The position numbers were made by a program, and so were the translations under genes. Shown one piece after another: positions 32,042 to 39,721 of a stretch of 57,179 bases of DNA. The stretch covers positions 1-57,179 of the IMG/VR virus record IMGVR_UViG_3300046167_000110. One strand, 5' to 3'. The notes beneath the pieces are model-generated. The model did not search any database and had not been told where the DNA came from. It saw only the letters and a program-made list of their open reading frames with translations. Each line of letters opens with the position of its first letter. Position 1 is the first letter of the stretch. Source of the DNA: a virus. Taxonomy: Duplodnaviria > Caudoviricetes.

Positions 32042-33436
32042 TTAATACCCGAAGTTAGGATCACTAGCTTGAAAACCTGTGCGTTGTGTCTCAGGGTTAA
32101 AGTCCCATAAGCTACTGCGTGGTCTGGTCATAATACCATAGCGTAAAGCGTCATACAAGTGATCTTCTGCATGTGTGTCTACATCCTCTGGATTCTTTTT
32201 ATCTAAAGGGATGCTAGGTATTTGTGCAATAGTGTTAGTACAGTTGTCCATAAACACTAGTCTAGGCTTTTCAGTAAATTCATCTACTTGTAAACGCCTA
32301 TGTATTTCGTTTTTTCCTGCGACACGTGAGCCTCTTGACCTGTCAGAGGGACGCCATCTACATCCCTTCATATTCATCTGCTCTGCCAAGCTAGGCCCAG
32401 TGTCGCCTCGGTTGTGCCATAAAGAGCTATCCAGCACACCGTATCTTATAGTACCGTCTTTTTTCTCTGCATCTAATATCATATCGGCTAGATCAGAAGC
32501 AGTAACTTTAGAAACATACATTTCACGATATACAACAAGTTGTTCGTCAGGTGCTACAGCAAACCAAAGAACACCAGTGTAACTACCATAACCGTAATCG
32601 CAAGCCCTAAACCTTGGCCAAGAGTCAGGTATCTCGAATTGGTCCATAATGTGTATAGTTCGATCAAACTCCGGAAAAGCTGCACCTTCATTAATGTCCC
32701 AGTTACCTTCAAGTAACTGTTTACGCTGATGCTCCGGCAACGAAAGTAGCATCGCTTCATAATCACCAGCTTCTGCCAAATAAGGATTATCAAAGAGCGA
32801 AGCTGGTATAAAGCGCCTTTTAAAAAGAGGCTGGCCTTCTTTACTATGACCTTTAGGGAAAGTAATGGTTTCACCACTTTCAATATCAGTTGCCCAAAAC
32901 GACTTACCTGTTTTTGCAGGGTCGATAAACATTTTTTTAACCCAAGCATGTCCACTTCCTCCAGGGTTTGTTGTTGCTCTCATGTAGAGACCTAGATCAG
33001 AAGCATGAGCAGATCTCAAGCGTGATCTCATATAATTCCAAGCGTATGGACTAGACCATTGTGTAAGTTCGTCAAATCCAATCCAGTTAAAAGCCTGTCC
33101 CTGATACCTGGTAACATCGGTATCTTTATCGAGATATGACATCCACAGACGCCCCCCTTGTGGAGAAGTCCATTGAGACTTACGTTCAGACCATTTAATA
33201 CCTGGTATAGCACGAGGGTAAAGTTCCTGACTCTTCTGTATTAACTCTCTTAATTCTTCTGTAGTATGGCGTACAAGTAGCCCACTAAAATTAGGATCAT
33301 TTAACCCATGAAGAGGGTCTGCAAGCATGGCATAACTCTTACCTCCACCGGCTGCTCCTCCATATAGTACTTCACGTTCTGATGCACTAAGGAAGTATGT
33401 CTGCGGTCCTGGGTTTGGCTTGAACACAATGTCCAT
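32042..33436 (-). CDS. terL: Terminase large subunit (start uncertain; frame is open to 33643)
   Basis: YGGAAGGGKS Walker A, FDE Walker B, TTNPGG, DYGY and DH.YDALRY nuclease motifs. Confidence 0.92.
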   Translation of the reverse strand: MDIVFKPNPGPQTYFLSASEREVLYGGAAGGGKSYAMLADPLHGLNDPNFSGLLVRHTTEELRELIQKSQELYPRAIPGIKWSERKSQWTSPQGGRLWMSYLDKDTDVTRYQGQAFNWIGFDELTQWSSPYAWNYMRSRLRSAHASDLGLYMRATTNPGGSGHAWVKKMFIDPAKTGKSFWATDIESGETITFPKGHSKEGQPLFKRRFIPASLFDNPYLAEAGDYEAMLLSLPEHQRKQLLEGNWDINEGAAFPEFDRTIHIMDQFEIPDSWPRFRACDYGYGSYTGVLWFAVAPDEQLVVYREMYVSKVTASDLADMILDAEKKDGTIRYGVLDSSLWHNRGDTGPSLAEQMNMKGCRWRPSDRSRGSRVAGKNEIHRRLQVDEFTEKPRLVFMDNCTNTIAQIPSIPLDKKNPEDVDTHAEDHLYDALRYGIMTRPRSSLWDFNPETQRTGFQASDPNFGY

Positions 33437-33500
33437 AGCCTCTTCCACATTGTAAGGTTCAGCTTTTACTTGCGCTGGTACCGTAGGACTGTCTTCCGTT

Positions 33501-33923
33501 TTAACGGTAGCGCTTATCTCTTCTTGTATCAGCGTAGGCTCCGACACCTTGCGTTTCGAGTTTTTCGATTTCCGCAATGGTTTCTTCGAGCCAGTTGGCA
33601 AGCTTACGTTTAATTGTAGCTGCTCTTTTACGTTTTTGCTCAATCTCTACTCTTTTCTTTAGTCCTTGCCAGGATATATACCTGTCAGTTTCTTTACTTA
33701 ACCAGTTAGCTACTGCTCTGTAACTATACTGCTTAAGATGTCGCTTTGCAAGTTCTAAAGCTTCAAGTTCTGAATTAATAGGTATAAGTAACTTATTATT
33801 ATCTGGATCAGTTTTATAACCAAAAGGTACTACACCACTCAGACGAACTATTACGTGCCAATCTTTGCTATGAGGGCTTACAGGCTTGGGTAATTCCCAG
33901 AAGCCTAAATCTCTTTGAGGTAT
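33501..33923 (-). CDS. Unannotated 140-aa protein without an ATG/GTG/TTG start (PFGY and helix-turn-helix-like segment)
   Basis: Hand translation: (I)PQRDLGFWELPKP...VVPFGYKTDP...LELAKRHLKQYSYRAVANWLSKETDRYISWQGLKKR...DKRYR*; fills the terS-terL gap. Confidence 0.75.
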   Translation of the reverse strand: MPQRDLGFWELPKPVSPHSKDWHVIVRLSGVVPFGYKTDPDNNKLLIPINSELEALELAKRHLKQYSYRAVANWLSKETDRYISWQGLKKRVEIEQKRKRAATIKRKLANWLEETIAEIEKLETQGVGAYADTRRDKRYR

Positions 33924-34291
33924 TATTCGTTTGAACCTTCTTTTGGAGGTAGATAAAATACACCGCCACCAGACGATACTTCTATCTTATCAGTCTTACC
34001 AAGCCCTGCACGATCAAGTAAATCTTTTGCTGCAACCATCTTTTCTTTGATGCCTAGTTCTGTAGGGTCAGATAGTGCACCTACCATGGCCATAGCTGCT
34101 TTAGGTGCAGTTTGTGCAAAGTAAGTACGTGTCTTCTTTCCTATTTCTTCTTGAAGTGATTCTACAATAGCTGTAGTGCTAGACTCAGGTGCGTAACCTG
34201 CAAGTTTCTTAGCAGCCACAGCATCACCATTAGCCTCATCAAAGAGTATATCTAAGAAACGCTGTTGTTTTTCTGTTAAGTTACGTGCCAT
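33923..34291 (-). CDS. Terminase small subunit-like protein
   Basis: LTEKQQRF...A.KLAGY N-terminal HTH pattern and AAKDLLDR.G; upstream of terL. Confidence 0.65.
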   Translation of the reverse strand: MARNLTEKQQRFLDILFDEANGDAVAAKKLAGYAPESSTTAIVESLQEEIGKKTRTYFAQTAPKAAMAMVGALSDPTELGIKEKMVAAKDLLDRAGLGKTDKIEVSSGGGVFYLPPKEGSNE

Positions 34292-34300
34292 ATTTTTTCC

Positions 34301-34786
34301 TTATAGCGGTTTATCCACAAGAGAATCATATGCTTTCCATATGTCATCTATTTCGGTTTGGTATTCGTCAAGCTTATCACCCAGAGTATCAGTGATCCCA
34401 GTAGATCTCTCAACCTGACTACGTAAATCAAGCAACTCTTTCTGTTGTTCCAAGATTGTTTGCATTTGCGTACTAATCGTTGACAACCTTGTGTTAAGAC
34501 CTCTAACATCATTATCTGCTACCGCCTGTTCTATTGTTTGTATACGAGAGCTAAGATTAGATTCAACTGTTTGAATGCGTGTACTTAGTTCATTAGACTT
34601 AGAGTTAAACTTACCTGAAGCTTCTACTACTGTCTCAATACCTGATTCTACAGCATAGAACCTTTGTAGTGTGTCATATCCATAATATATACCGCCACTA
34701 AGAGACCCTAGTATTGGCAGGGCAGCAGCTATGTACCACCCTTTAAAAGTAAACCCACCAACTTTAACTTCTGCATCTTCTATCAT
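34301..34786 (-). CDS. Membrane-anchored coiled-coil protein
   Basis: N-terminal TM segment followed by heptad repeats. Confidence 0.6.
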   Translation of the reverse strand: MIEDAEVKVGGFTFKGWYIAAALPILGSLSGGIYYGYDTLQRFYAVESGIETVVEASGKFNSKSNELSTRIQTVESNLSSRIQTIEQAVADNDVRGLNTRLSTISTQMQTILEQQKELLDLRSQVERSTGITDTLGDKLDEYQTEIDDIWKAYDSLVDKPL

Positions 34787-34794
34787 AATGTTTC

Positions 34795-35637
34795 CTACAT
34801 GTTAGAGGAAGCTGACCCGTGTTGCATGATGTAAGCACCAGCGCCGTATACATCGTCTGCATCTTTCATATCATCTGTAAGATAGCCGTTCCAACCAGTT
34901 CCGTTACCATCCCACGTAATTACAAATTCATCAACTGCTTGTGTATATGTAATAGCTGTGTATGTTCCAACCATTATGTTGTTAGATGTGGCATAGTTAT
35001 CTATACTAGACGTCAACTCCGTATTGTTAGCTGCAGCCATGAAAGCACCTGCTTGTTGTGCATACTCTGCTACTGCATCAAGTGCGTTATTATAGTCTGC
35101 AACTTCAGAAGCGTCAAGGCTATATTCATCTGTAGCAATCATCTCTTGTAATGCAACCTGTTCTGGCTTTGTATCTGCTTCTGCAGCAGTGTCAGCAACA
35201 GATGTAGCTGTCATTAGTACAGTTGTAGCATCACCAAGTATATCAACTGCAGCAGTTAAGTTATTCATAGCCGCAGTATGTTCTTGGATAAACAACTGAT
35301 TCGCATTTTCTGCTGTAGCATAGTCATGGTTCATAACTTTACTTCTAGCATCTTCGTAAGCTACAAGCATTGCTGTAGTTACTTTAGCACCATCCAATGC
35401 TCCATCAACAATAACACCACCAACTTCAGCATATCCTATTGCACCAATACCTAAGTTCAAAGATAGTTGTAACCGATTATCTATTACATTGATAGAATTA
35501 ATCAGTGACTGTATCTTCTGATCCCCCGTCTGGCTGTAGTCGGGTGGTGGAAGTGACTCTGCGAGTAGACCTGAACCGCTCACTAATAGAGCGAGTGTCC
35601 CTGCTGTTGTTAGCAACTTTTGCTTCATTGATTTCAT
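34795..35637 (-). CDS. Predicted exported acidic helical protein
   Basis: MKQKLLTTAGTLALLVSGSGLLA signal-like N-terminus. Confidence 0.6.
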   Translation of the reverse strand: MKSMKQKLLTTAGTLALLVSGSGLLAESLPPPDYSQTGDQKIQSLINSINVIDNRLQLSLNLGIGAIGYAEVGGVIVDGALDGAKVTTAMLVAYEDARSKVMNHDYATAENANQLFIQEHTAAMNNLTAAVDILGDATTVLMTATSVADTAAEADTKPEQVALQEMIATDEYSLDASEVADYNNALDAVAEYAQQAGAFMAAANNTELTSSIDNYATSNNIMVGTYTAITYTQAVDEFVITWDGNGTGWNGYLTDDMKDADDVYGAGAYIMQHGSASSNM

Positions 35638-36241
35638 CTGTTAAATCCTCTCCAATTCTTAATAGACTGTCCCAAAACTCTTTATCTTCTCCATACCCCA
35701 CTATAAACGCTTGAGGATTTTCTCTATATTTATCTACTGCATCCTTACCCATGAGTAGCTTACCAGTTAAAACATCCATGATAGGACAGGGCGTACTGGC
35801 TAAAATCATGGCCTTAAAAACATCTGGATCTCCACAAATCGTTGATATCCCAGAAACTTGTAAACCAAGACCTCCTATCTGTTGTGGAGTCCCTAAAAGT
35901 CTAGCGTTTTTACGTCTATTACAATATTCATCTTGCCTCATAGTACCTTGAGAATATCCAAATAAACTAAGCTGTAATCCTGACGTTGTAGGTAATAAAC
36001 ACGAATCATTACCTCCGCCACCCATAACAGTAGGTGCTATACTGGACATTACAGGAGCAGGTTCACCTGCGCCCGTTGCATTGTAATTATTAGTCTCGCT
36101 TGTAGAATTATTATTGCTATCTACATTTGAATCTTGATAATTATTACTAAAGTCTCCAGTGACGTCATTGCTCTGCACATTTGTCGCTAAGAATATCTGT
36201 AAGATCAGTGTCCATACACATAAGTTGTAATGCTGCCTCAT
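35498..36241 (-). CDS. Predicted exported Cys-containing protein (start uncertain)
   Basis: Signal-like WTLILQIFLATNVQS; S.AP...DSC...C.RRK.AR...C...TPCP. Confidence 0.55.
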   Translation of the reverse strand: MRQHYNLCVWTLILQIFLATNVQSNDVTGDFSNNYQDSNVDSNNNSTSETNNYNATGAGEPAPVMSSIAPTVMGGGGNDSCLLPTTSGLQLSLFGYSQGTMRQDEYCNRRKNARLLGTPQQIGGLGLQVSGISTICGDPDVFKAMILASTPCPIMDVLTGKLLMGKDAVDKYRENPQAFIVGYGEDKEFWDSLLRIGEDLTDEINEAKVANNSRDTRSISERFRSTRRVTSTTRLQPDGGSEDTVTD

Positions 36242-36380
36242 CTTGGCCAATAATGGATAGTGTTTGTGCATCTAAGTTCCGTTGACATTTTTTATTATCA
36301 GGAGGACAGGACAGAGGCATTACTATTGAATGAGTACTACATGCAGTAGTTATACTTAGCAAAAATACAAATGCAAGCAA
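36165..36380 (-). CDS. Small lipoprotein candidate
   Basis: TTG start; LLAFVFLLSITTA-C lipobox-like sequence; additional cysteines. Confidence 0.45.
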   Translation of the reverse strand: MLAFVFLLSITTACSTHSIVMPLSCPPDNKKCQRNLDAQTLSIIGQDEAALQLMCMDTDLTDILSDKCAEQ

Positions 36381-36384
36381 TATA

Positions 36385-36552
36385 TTAGTCTTTATTATAG
36401 TACCTATGTATAAGATCACCGCGAGTAACGCCTATATCTTGTAATTCTCTGTCTGTTAGGTTTTGTAGTAAGTATAAGTCTGCACTTGCTTGACGAGACT
36501 TGATAATAGATTTGTTTAAGCCTGAAACTGCTTCAAAGATTGTTCTAAACAT
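36385..36552 (-). CDS. DUF1127 (YjiS-like) small protein, 55 aa
   Basis: Hand translation MFRTIFEAVSGLNKSIIKSRQASADLYLLQNLTDRELQDIGVTRGDLIHRYYNKD; L..LTDR.L.DIG.TR.D signature; RBS AGGA. Confidence 0.85.
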   Translation of the reverse strand: MFRTIFEAVSGLNKSIIKSRQASADLYLLQNLTDRELQDIGVTRGDLIHRYYNKD

Positions 36553-36652
36553 TGTTTTTTCCTATGTTATGACCAGCTTTATTGCTGAACATGCATAGTT
36601 ATACATATGTTAAAAGTATTTACCTCAGATAAGTTTGCATACCCGTTAGTCG

Positions 36653-37012
36653 TTATACACCTGAAAAAGTTTCTATAACAGTTAAAATAGTATCTACATG
36701 TGCCGCTGAACTAGGAGTAACACGTATTTGATCTCCAGGAGATAGTACAATCTCTATATCTGAAAATGTAATGTATTCACCAGCACCAAGGTTTTTACCT
36801 GTCAAAAAATGTGAAGTATATGTATCTGCTGCTATATACCATTCAATCTCAATATTTGTATTGCCAGTTGTGTTGATTATATGTATAAAGCTAAGCTCAG
36901 ACGTACAGTTAGGTGGGCATGTATATACATTCTCTGTAGTAGTGCCTGTATTATGGCCATACAAAGAACGTCTACGTGCAGGTCTACCCTGATGGTTGAG
37001 CGTAATAGCCAT
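36653..37012 (-). CDS. Small beta-rich protein, likely paralogue of the 23811-24119 adaptor
   Basis: VYTCP...IVLSPGDQIRVT...D.ILTVIE. Confidence 0.55.
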   Translation of the reverse strand: MAITLNHQGRPARRRSLYGHNTGTTTENVYTCPPNCTSELSFIHIINTTGNTNIEIEWYIAADTYTSHFLTGKNLGAGEYITFSDIEIVLSPGDQIRVTPSSAAHVDTILTVIETFSGV

Positions 37013-37305
37013 TACTCATCTACCCACGCTTCATTTTCTGGTGTGTTAGGGTCATCCTTAATAAAGTGTCCTTTATCTGTACGAGCCCGTTTTTTACCTG
37101 CAGGTGCTTTAGCCTTTTTCTTAGGCTTAGGTGCTGCATCTACTTCAGCACAGATGTAATTAATATTCTCATCTTTACTCTGAACGTTGCCGTAGTTATC
37201 TTCACCTGCTGATTGATTACCTAATGAATCCCAAACGTAACCGTGTTCATCTACACGATACCCTTTAGCTTCCAGCGCATCTTTATATTTATGGTAATAT
37301 TTCAT
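37012..37305 (-). CDS. Hypothetical protein
   Basis: 97 aa; C-terminal RAR..KG.F..DDP.TPENEAW motif; TAATG coupling. Confidence 0.65.
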   Translation of the reverse strand: MKYYHKYKDALEAKGYRVDEHGYVWDSLGNQSAGEDNYGNVQSKDENINYICAEVDAAPKPKKKAKAPAGKKRARTDKGHFIKDDPNTPENEAWVDE

Positions 37306-37493
37306 TACTTACCTTTCATTGGGCGTGATGCTGGGTTTGATGCACCACAGTATCCACCTTTGTTAAAACCTTTACGTTTCTTAGCCATTCCACCGTATGC
37401 CATCTTAGTCTTGCCTTTTTGACAACCCTCTTTAGCACACTTAGCTGGACTAGGACAGTCCGAGCAAGCTTTGAAGTTAGGTACTTTTTTCAT
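37305..37493 (-). CDS. Small basic Cys-containing protein with MAYGG/FNKGG motifs
   Basis: Start at MKKVPN (RBS GGGAG); CxxC-x4-C-x4-C. Confidence 0.55.
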   Translation of the reverse strand: MKKVPNFKACSDCPSPAKCAKEGCQKGKTKMAYGGMAKKRKGFNKGGYCGASNPASRPMKGK

Positions 37494-37771
37494 GTTCTTG
37501 TTCTCCCTGATGCTGTTGTAGACCATGCAACTTTAGCAGGTCCTGTTTTCTTCGCTGCTTCTTTTTTACTTATTTTAGAAGCTACTGCTTTTGGTCTACA
37601 AGCAGGGTAGTCCCTACCGTCACCTTTTTGTCTTCCACAGGGCTCTCCTGTTTTAACATCTGTCCATTTTTCACCAAACCATTTACCCAAACCACCCTTA
37701 GAATAACCACGAGCTTCTGGTAATACGTGTAGAGATCTAGCTTTTTTTGACTTTGTTGGCTTTCGTGCCAC
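37490..37771 (-). CDS. Small basic protein
   Basis: GGL.KWF.E.W.DVKTG..CGR...YPACRP motif; likely GTG start. Confidence 0.55.
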   Translation of the reverse strand: MARKPTKSKKARSLHVLPEARGYSKGGLGKWFGEKWTDVKTGEPCGRQKGDGRDYPACRPKAVASKISKKEAAKKTGPAKVAWSTTASGRTRT

Positions 37772-37913
37772 TATATTTCCCTCCACGTGCTTTATATGTC
37801 TTAGTAAGCCAAGCAGATGCATAGGCGCTGGGCCATACTTTGAACTTTCGCTTAGCTTCTGCCTTAACTTTGTTATACAGCTTCATATTTGTGGGTTTAG
37901 GTGCCGTAGCCAT
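37737..37913 (-). CDS. Small basic protein
   Basis: LY..VK..AK.KF..WPSAYAS...K.YK..GG.Y motif. Confidence 0.6.
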   Translation of the reverse strand: MATAPKPTNMKLYNKVKAEAKRKFKVWPSAYASAWLTKTYKARGGKYSGTKANKVKKS

Positions 37914-38209
37914 TACCACTTCACCTTATTTGCCCAGTAAGCTGCACTCATCTTACCCTTTTTGATGTTCTTAGCGTGTCTAGCCTTAAATGAAGCACGT
38001 TTCTTCTTCATTCTATCAGATTCACCCTCTTTAGGTTTACCTGCAGTGCTTGCACCCTTCTCACCAAACTTAATATACTTGTACTTACCGCCCTCAGAAG
38101 CCATTACGTGATGGGATTTACCACTACCATCGTTTAACCGTTGAGGTTTATTAACGCCTTTTAACCCAGCGCTCTTCATTTTAGTTTTGACTCGTTCAGG
38201 TATAGCCAT
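37913..38209 (-). CDS. Small basic protein
   Basis: K.IKFG..G...RASF.ARH...SAAYWA.K.KW motif. Confidence 0.65.
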   Translation of the reverse strand: MAIPERVKTKMKSAGLKGVNKPQRLNDGSGKSHHVMASEGGKYKYIKFGEKGASTAGKPKEGESDRMKKKRASFKARHAKNIKKGKMSAAYWANKVKW

Positions 38210-38457
38210 TACTTCTTCTTTCCTGCTTTAGAATTACGTGGAAAACTACGGTTCTTAGCTTTTGTAGTTACAGCTAAGTTTTTACGGGCATTATTTCTAG
38301 GGTTGCCATCCCTATGATGTACATCCTTGCCATCACCCTTCTTAACGACACCACCCTGAGAAAGTTTAGCACGAGCACTATTACGAGATGCCCTCTTCTT
38401 TATCTGAGCAGGTTTGCCTTGGTAATTAGCATATTCTTTTTTATAATTTCTAGCCAT
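38209..38457 (-). CDS. Small basic HNH-like protein
   Basis: RNYKKEY...DVHHRDGNPRNN...NL...NRS. Confidence 0.6.
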   Translation of the reverse strand: MARNYKKEYANYQGKPAQIKKRASRNSARAKLSQGGVVKKGDGKDVHHRDGNPRNNARKNLAVTTKAKNRSFPRNSKAGKKK

Positions 38458-38713
38458 AGTCACGCTTTCTATCTGGATCTAACACGTCTCTACGATCTAG
38501 CATACCTTCTAAGTACATGGCTCTTTCAATATGATCTAATGTATATCGAACGCCAGTATTTGCTTCAATAGCAGCACGAATGTAAAATACGTCACTGCGA
38601 GGTATATGTATTCGGCTTATCTTATTAGAATTGCCTTCTGCTAAAGCAGAGTAAAACTCTTCAAGTACGTTATCGGATGCGTATAGTTGTATACGGCTAC
38701 GTGTCATTGTCAA
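38450..38713 (-). CDS. Hypothetical protein (start uncertain)
   Basis: VLEEFY...IHIPRSDVFYIR...TG..Y.L..IE.AM..EG; first ORF of the late arm. Confidence 0.6.
   Translation of the reverse strand: MTMTRSRIQLYASDNVLEEFYSALAEGNSNKISRIHIPRSDVFYIRAAIEANTGVRYTLDHIERAMYLEGMLDRRDVLDPDRKRDYG
38685..38713 (-). promoter_or_regulatory. Promoter motif TTGACA-N16-TACAACT
   Basis: Same spacing and consensus as the copies at 27328, 39033 and 50412; overlaps an ORF start. Confidence 0.55.
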
Positions 38714-38725
38714 TACCTATAATGT

Positions 38726-38854
38726 AAAAATAGGGTACGTGCCGCAAACTACGTGTCAGGAGAGGAGACAAGAGGAGAGAGTTACACAGTAAGTTTGTAA
38801 CACGTACCAGTAGTGTAACACTTATTATTAATACAAGTTTATGTGTGTTACATA
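38726..38854 (-). ncRNA. Candidate ~130 nt sRNA with an anti-Shine-Dalgarno CU-rich loop
   Basis: Own TTGACA-N17-TAACAT promoter; stem 1 UGUAACAC/GUGUUACA; long stem 2 closed by GGUACGUG/CACGUACC with loop CUCUCUCCUCUUGUCUCCUCUCC; U5 tail; G-U pairs form only on the minus strand. Confidence 0.7.
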
Positions 38855-38859
38855 CGAAT

Positions 38860-38888
38860 ATGTTACCGCATACCCAATATGTTGTCAA
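38860..38888 (-). promoter_or_regulatory. Sigma70-type promoter for the candidate sRNA
   Basis: TTGACA-17 nt-TAACAT. Confidence 0.65.
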
Positions 38889-39032
38889 CACTATAGTTTA
38901 ACTTTATGTGTTAAAACTCTTCCTATGTCCAGTATCCTATATGTAACACTTACTATATAGTTTAACTATTTCTTATTTATTACTTGTTTAAGTAAAAACT
39001 TAAGAGTTTAACTCTGTTTGCTCCTGCTCCGC

Positions 39033-39061
39033 AGTTATACTTATATAATACCCTGTGTCAA
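39033..39061 (-). promoter_or_regulatory. Promoter TTGACA-N16-TATAACT at the head of the late arm
   Basis: Matches the recurrent motif. Confidence 0.7.
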
Positions 39062-39592
39062 TCCGTAAAATGAGTATATCTGTAAGAAAGTTTTATTATA
39101 TTAGCTAATCCTTCTAATGTGTGACATTTATGCACCAGTAATGTGTGTCTGTCCGTATACATGCCTGGGTAAAGGTCGTTTCAAAATTCACTTCTGTGTG
39201 TTTCTACATATACACATAACCCTATACCCGGCGGTGGCTCACGCCCCTACCCCTTTTTGGTCTACTATCATGATAAAAGCTAGTAAAATATGGTGTAAGT
39301 TATTGTAATTGTTATGTTTTTATACTGATATATGATCAGTTATAGCTAAAAAGAGGTGTAAAAATAGGCATAATTAACAAAGTGCACAATAAATAGGCAA
39401 AGGATGCATAACCAAAAAAGACACCCCAATACCGGTAATCACAAAACCACCACCACCCCAAAAAAAAGCTTATACTATATAATACCAAAAAAAGTTTTTT
39501 ATACAAAAGTTAACCAATAGCTAAAAATACATAGAAAAAACATAATGAAAACACACACTTACAAGAAAGTTTATGAAATAGTAACTTTTTTC

Positions 39593-39621
39593 TTGCAATC
39601 TGTTTTGGTACATGCCACCTT
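39593..39621 (+). promoter_or_regulatory. Putative early promoter 1
   Basis: TTGCAA-N17-CACCTT with an extended TG and an A/T-rich upstream tract. Confidence 0.45.
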
Positions 39622-39721
39622 AAGAACATCGAAAGCGACAAGTTAACAGCGACGAGGCAAACGCCCTAGACTCAAATTAACAGCGTCCTAGACGATCAAG
39701 CCGGATAAGAGACCTGCAAAA

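Noticed and set aside
25985-37012. Identical ATGGCTATTAC starts in three late genes
   Set aside because: Plausibly ordinary N-terminal codon preference in highly expressed genes
38697-38891. 64-aa ORF over the candidate sRNA
   Set aside because: Its start lies at the promoter -35 with no RBS; the region is better explained by RNA structure
38890-39012. CtrA boxes (TTAA-N7-TTAA)
   Set aside because: Observed TTAA spacings are 9, 8 and 4, not 7
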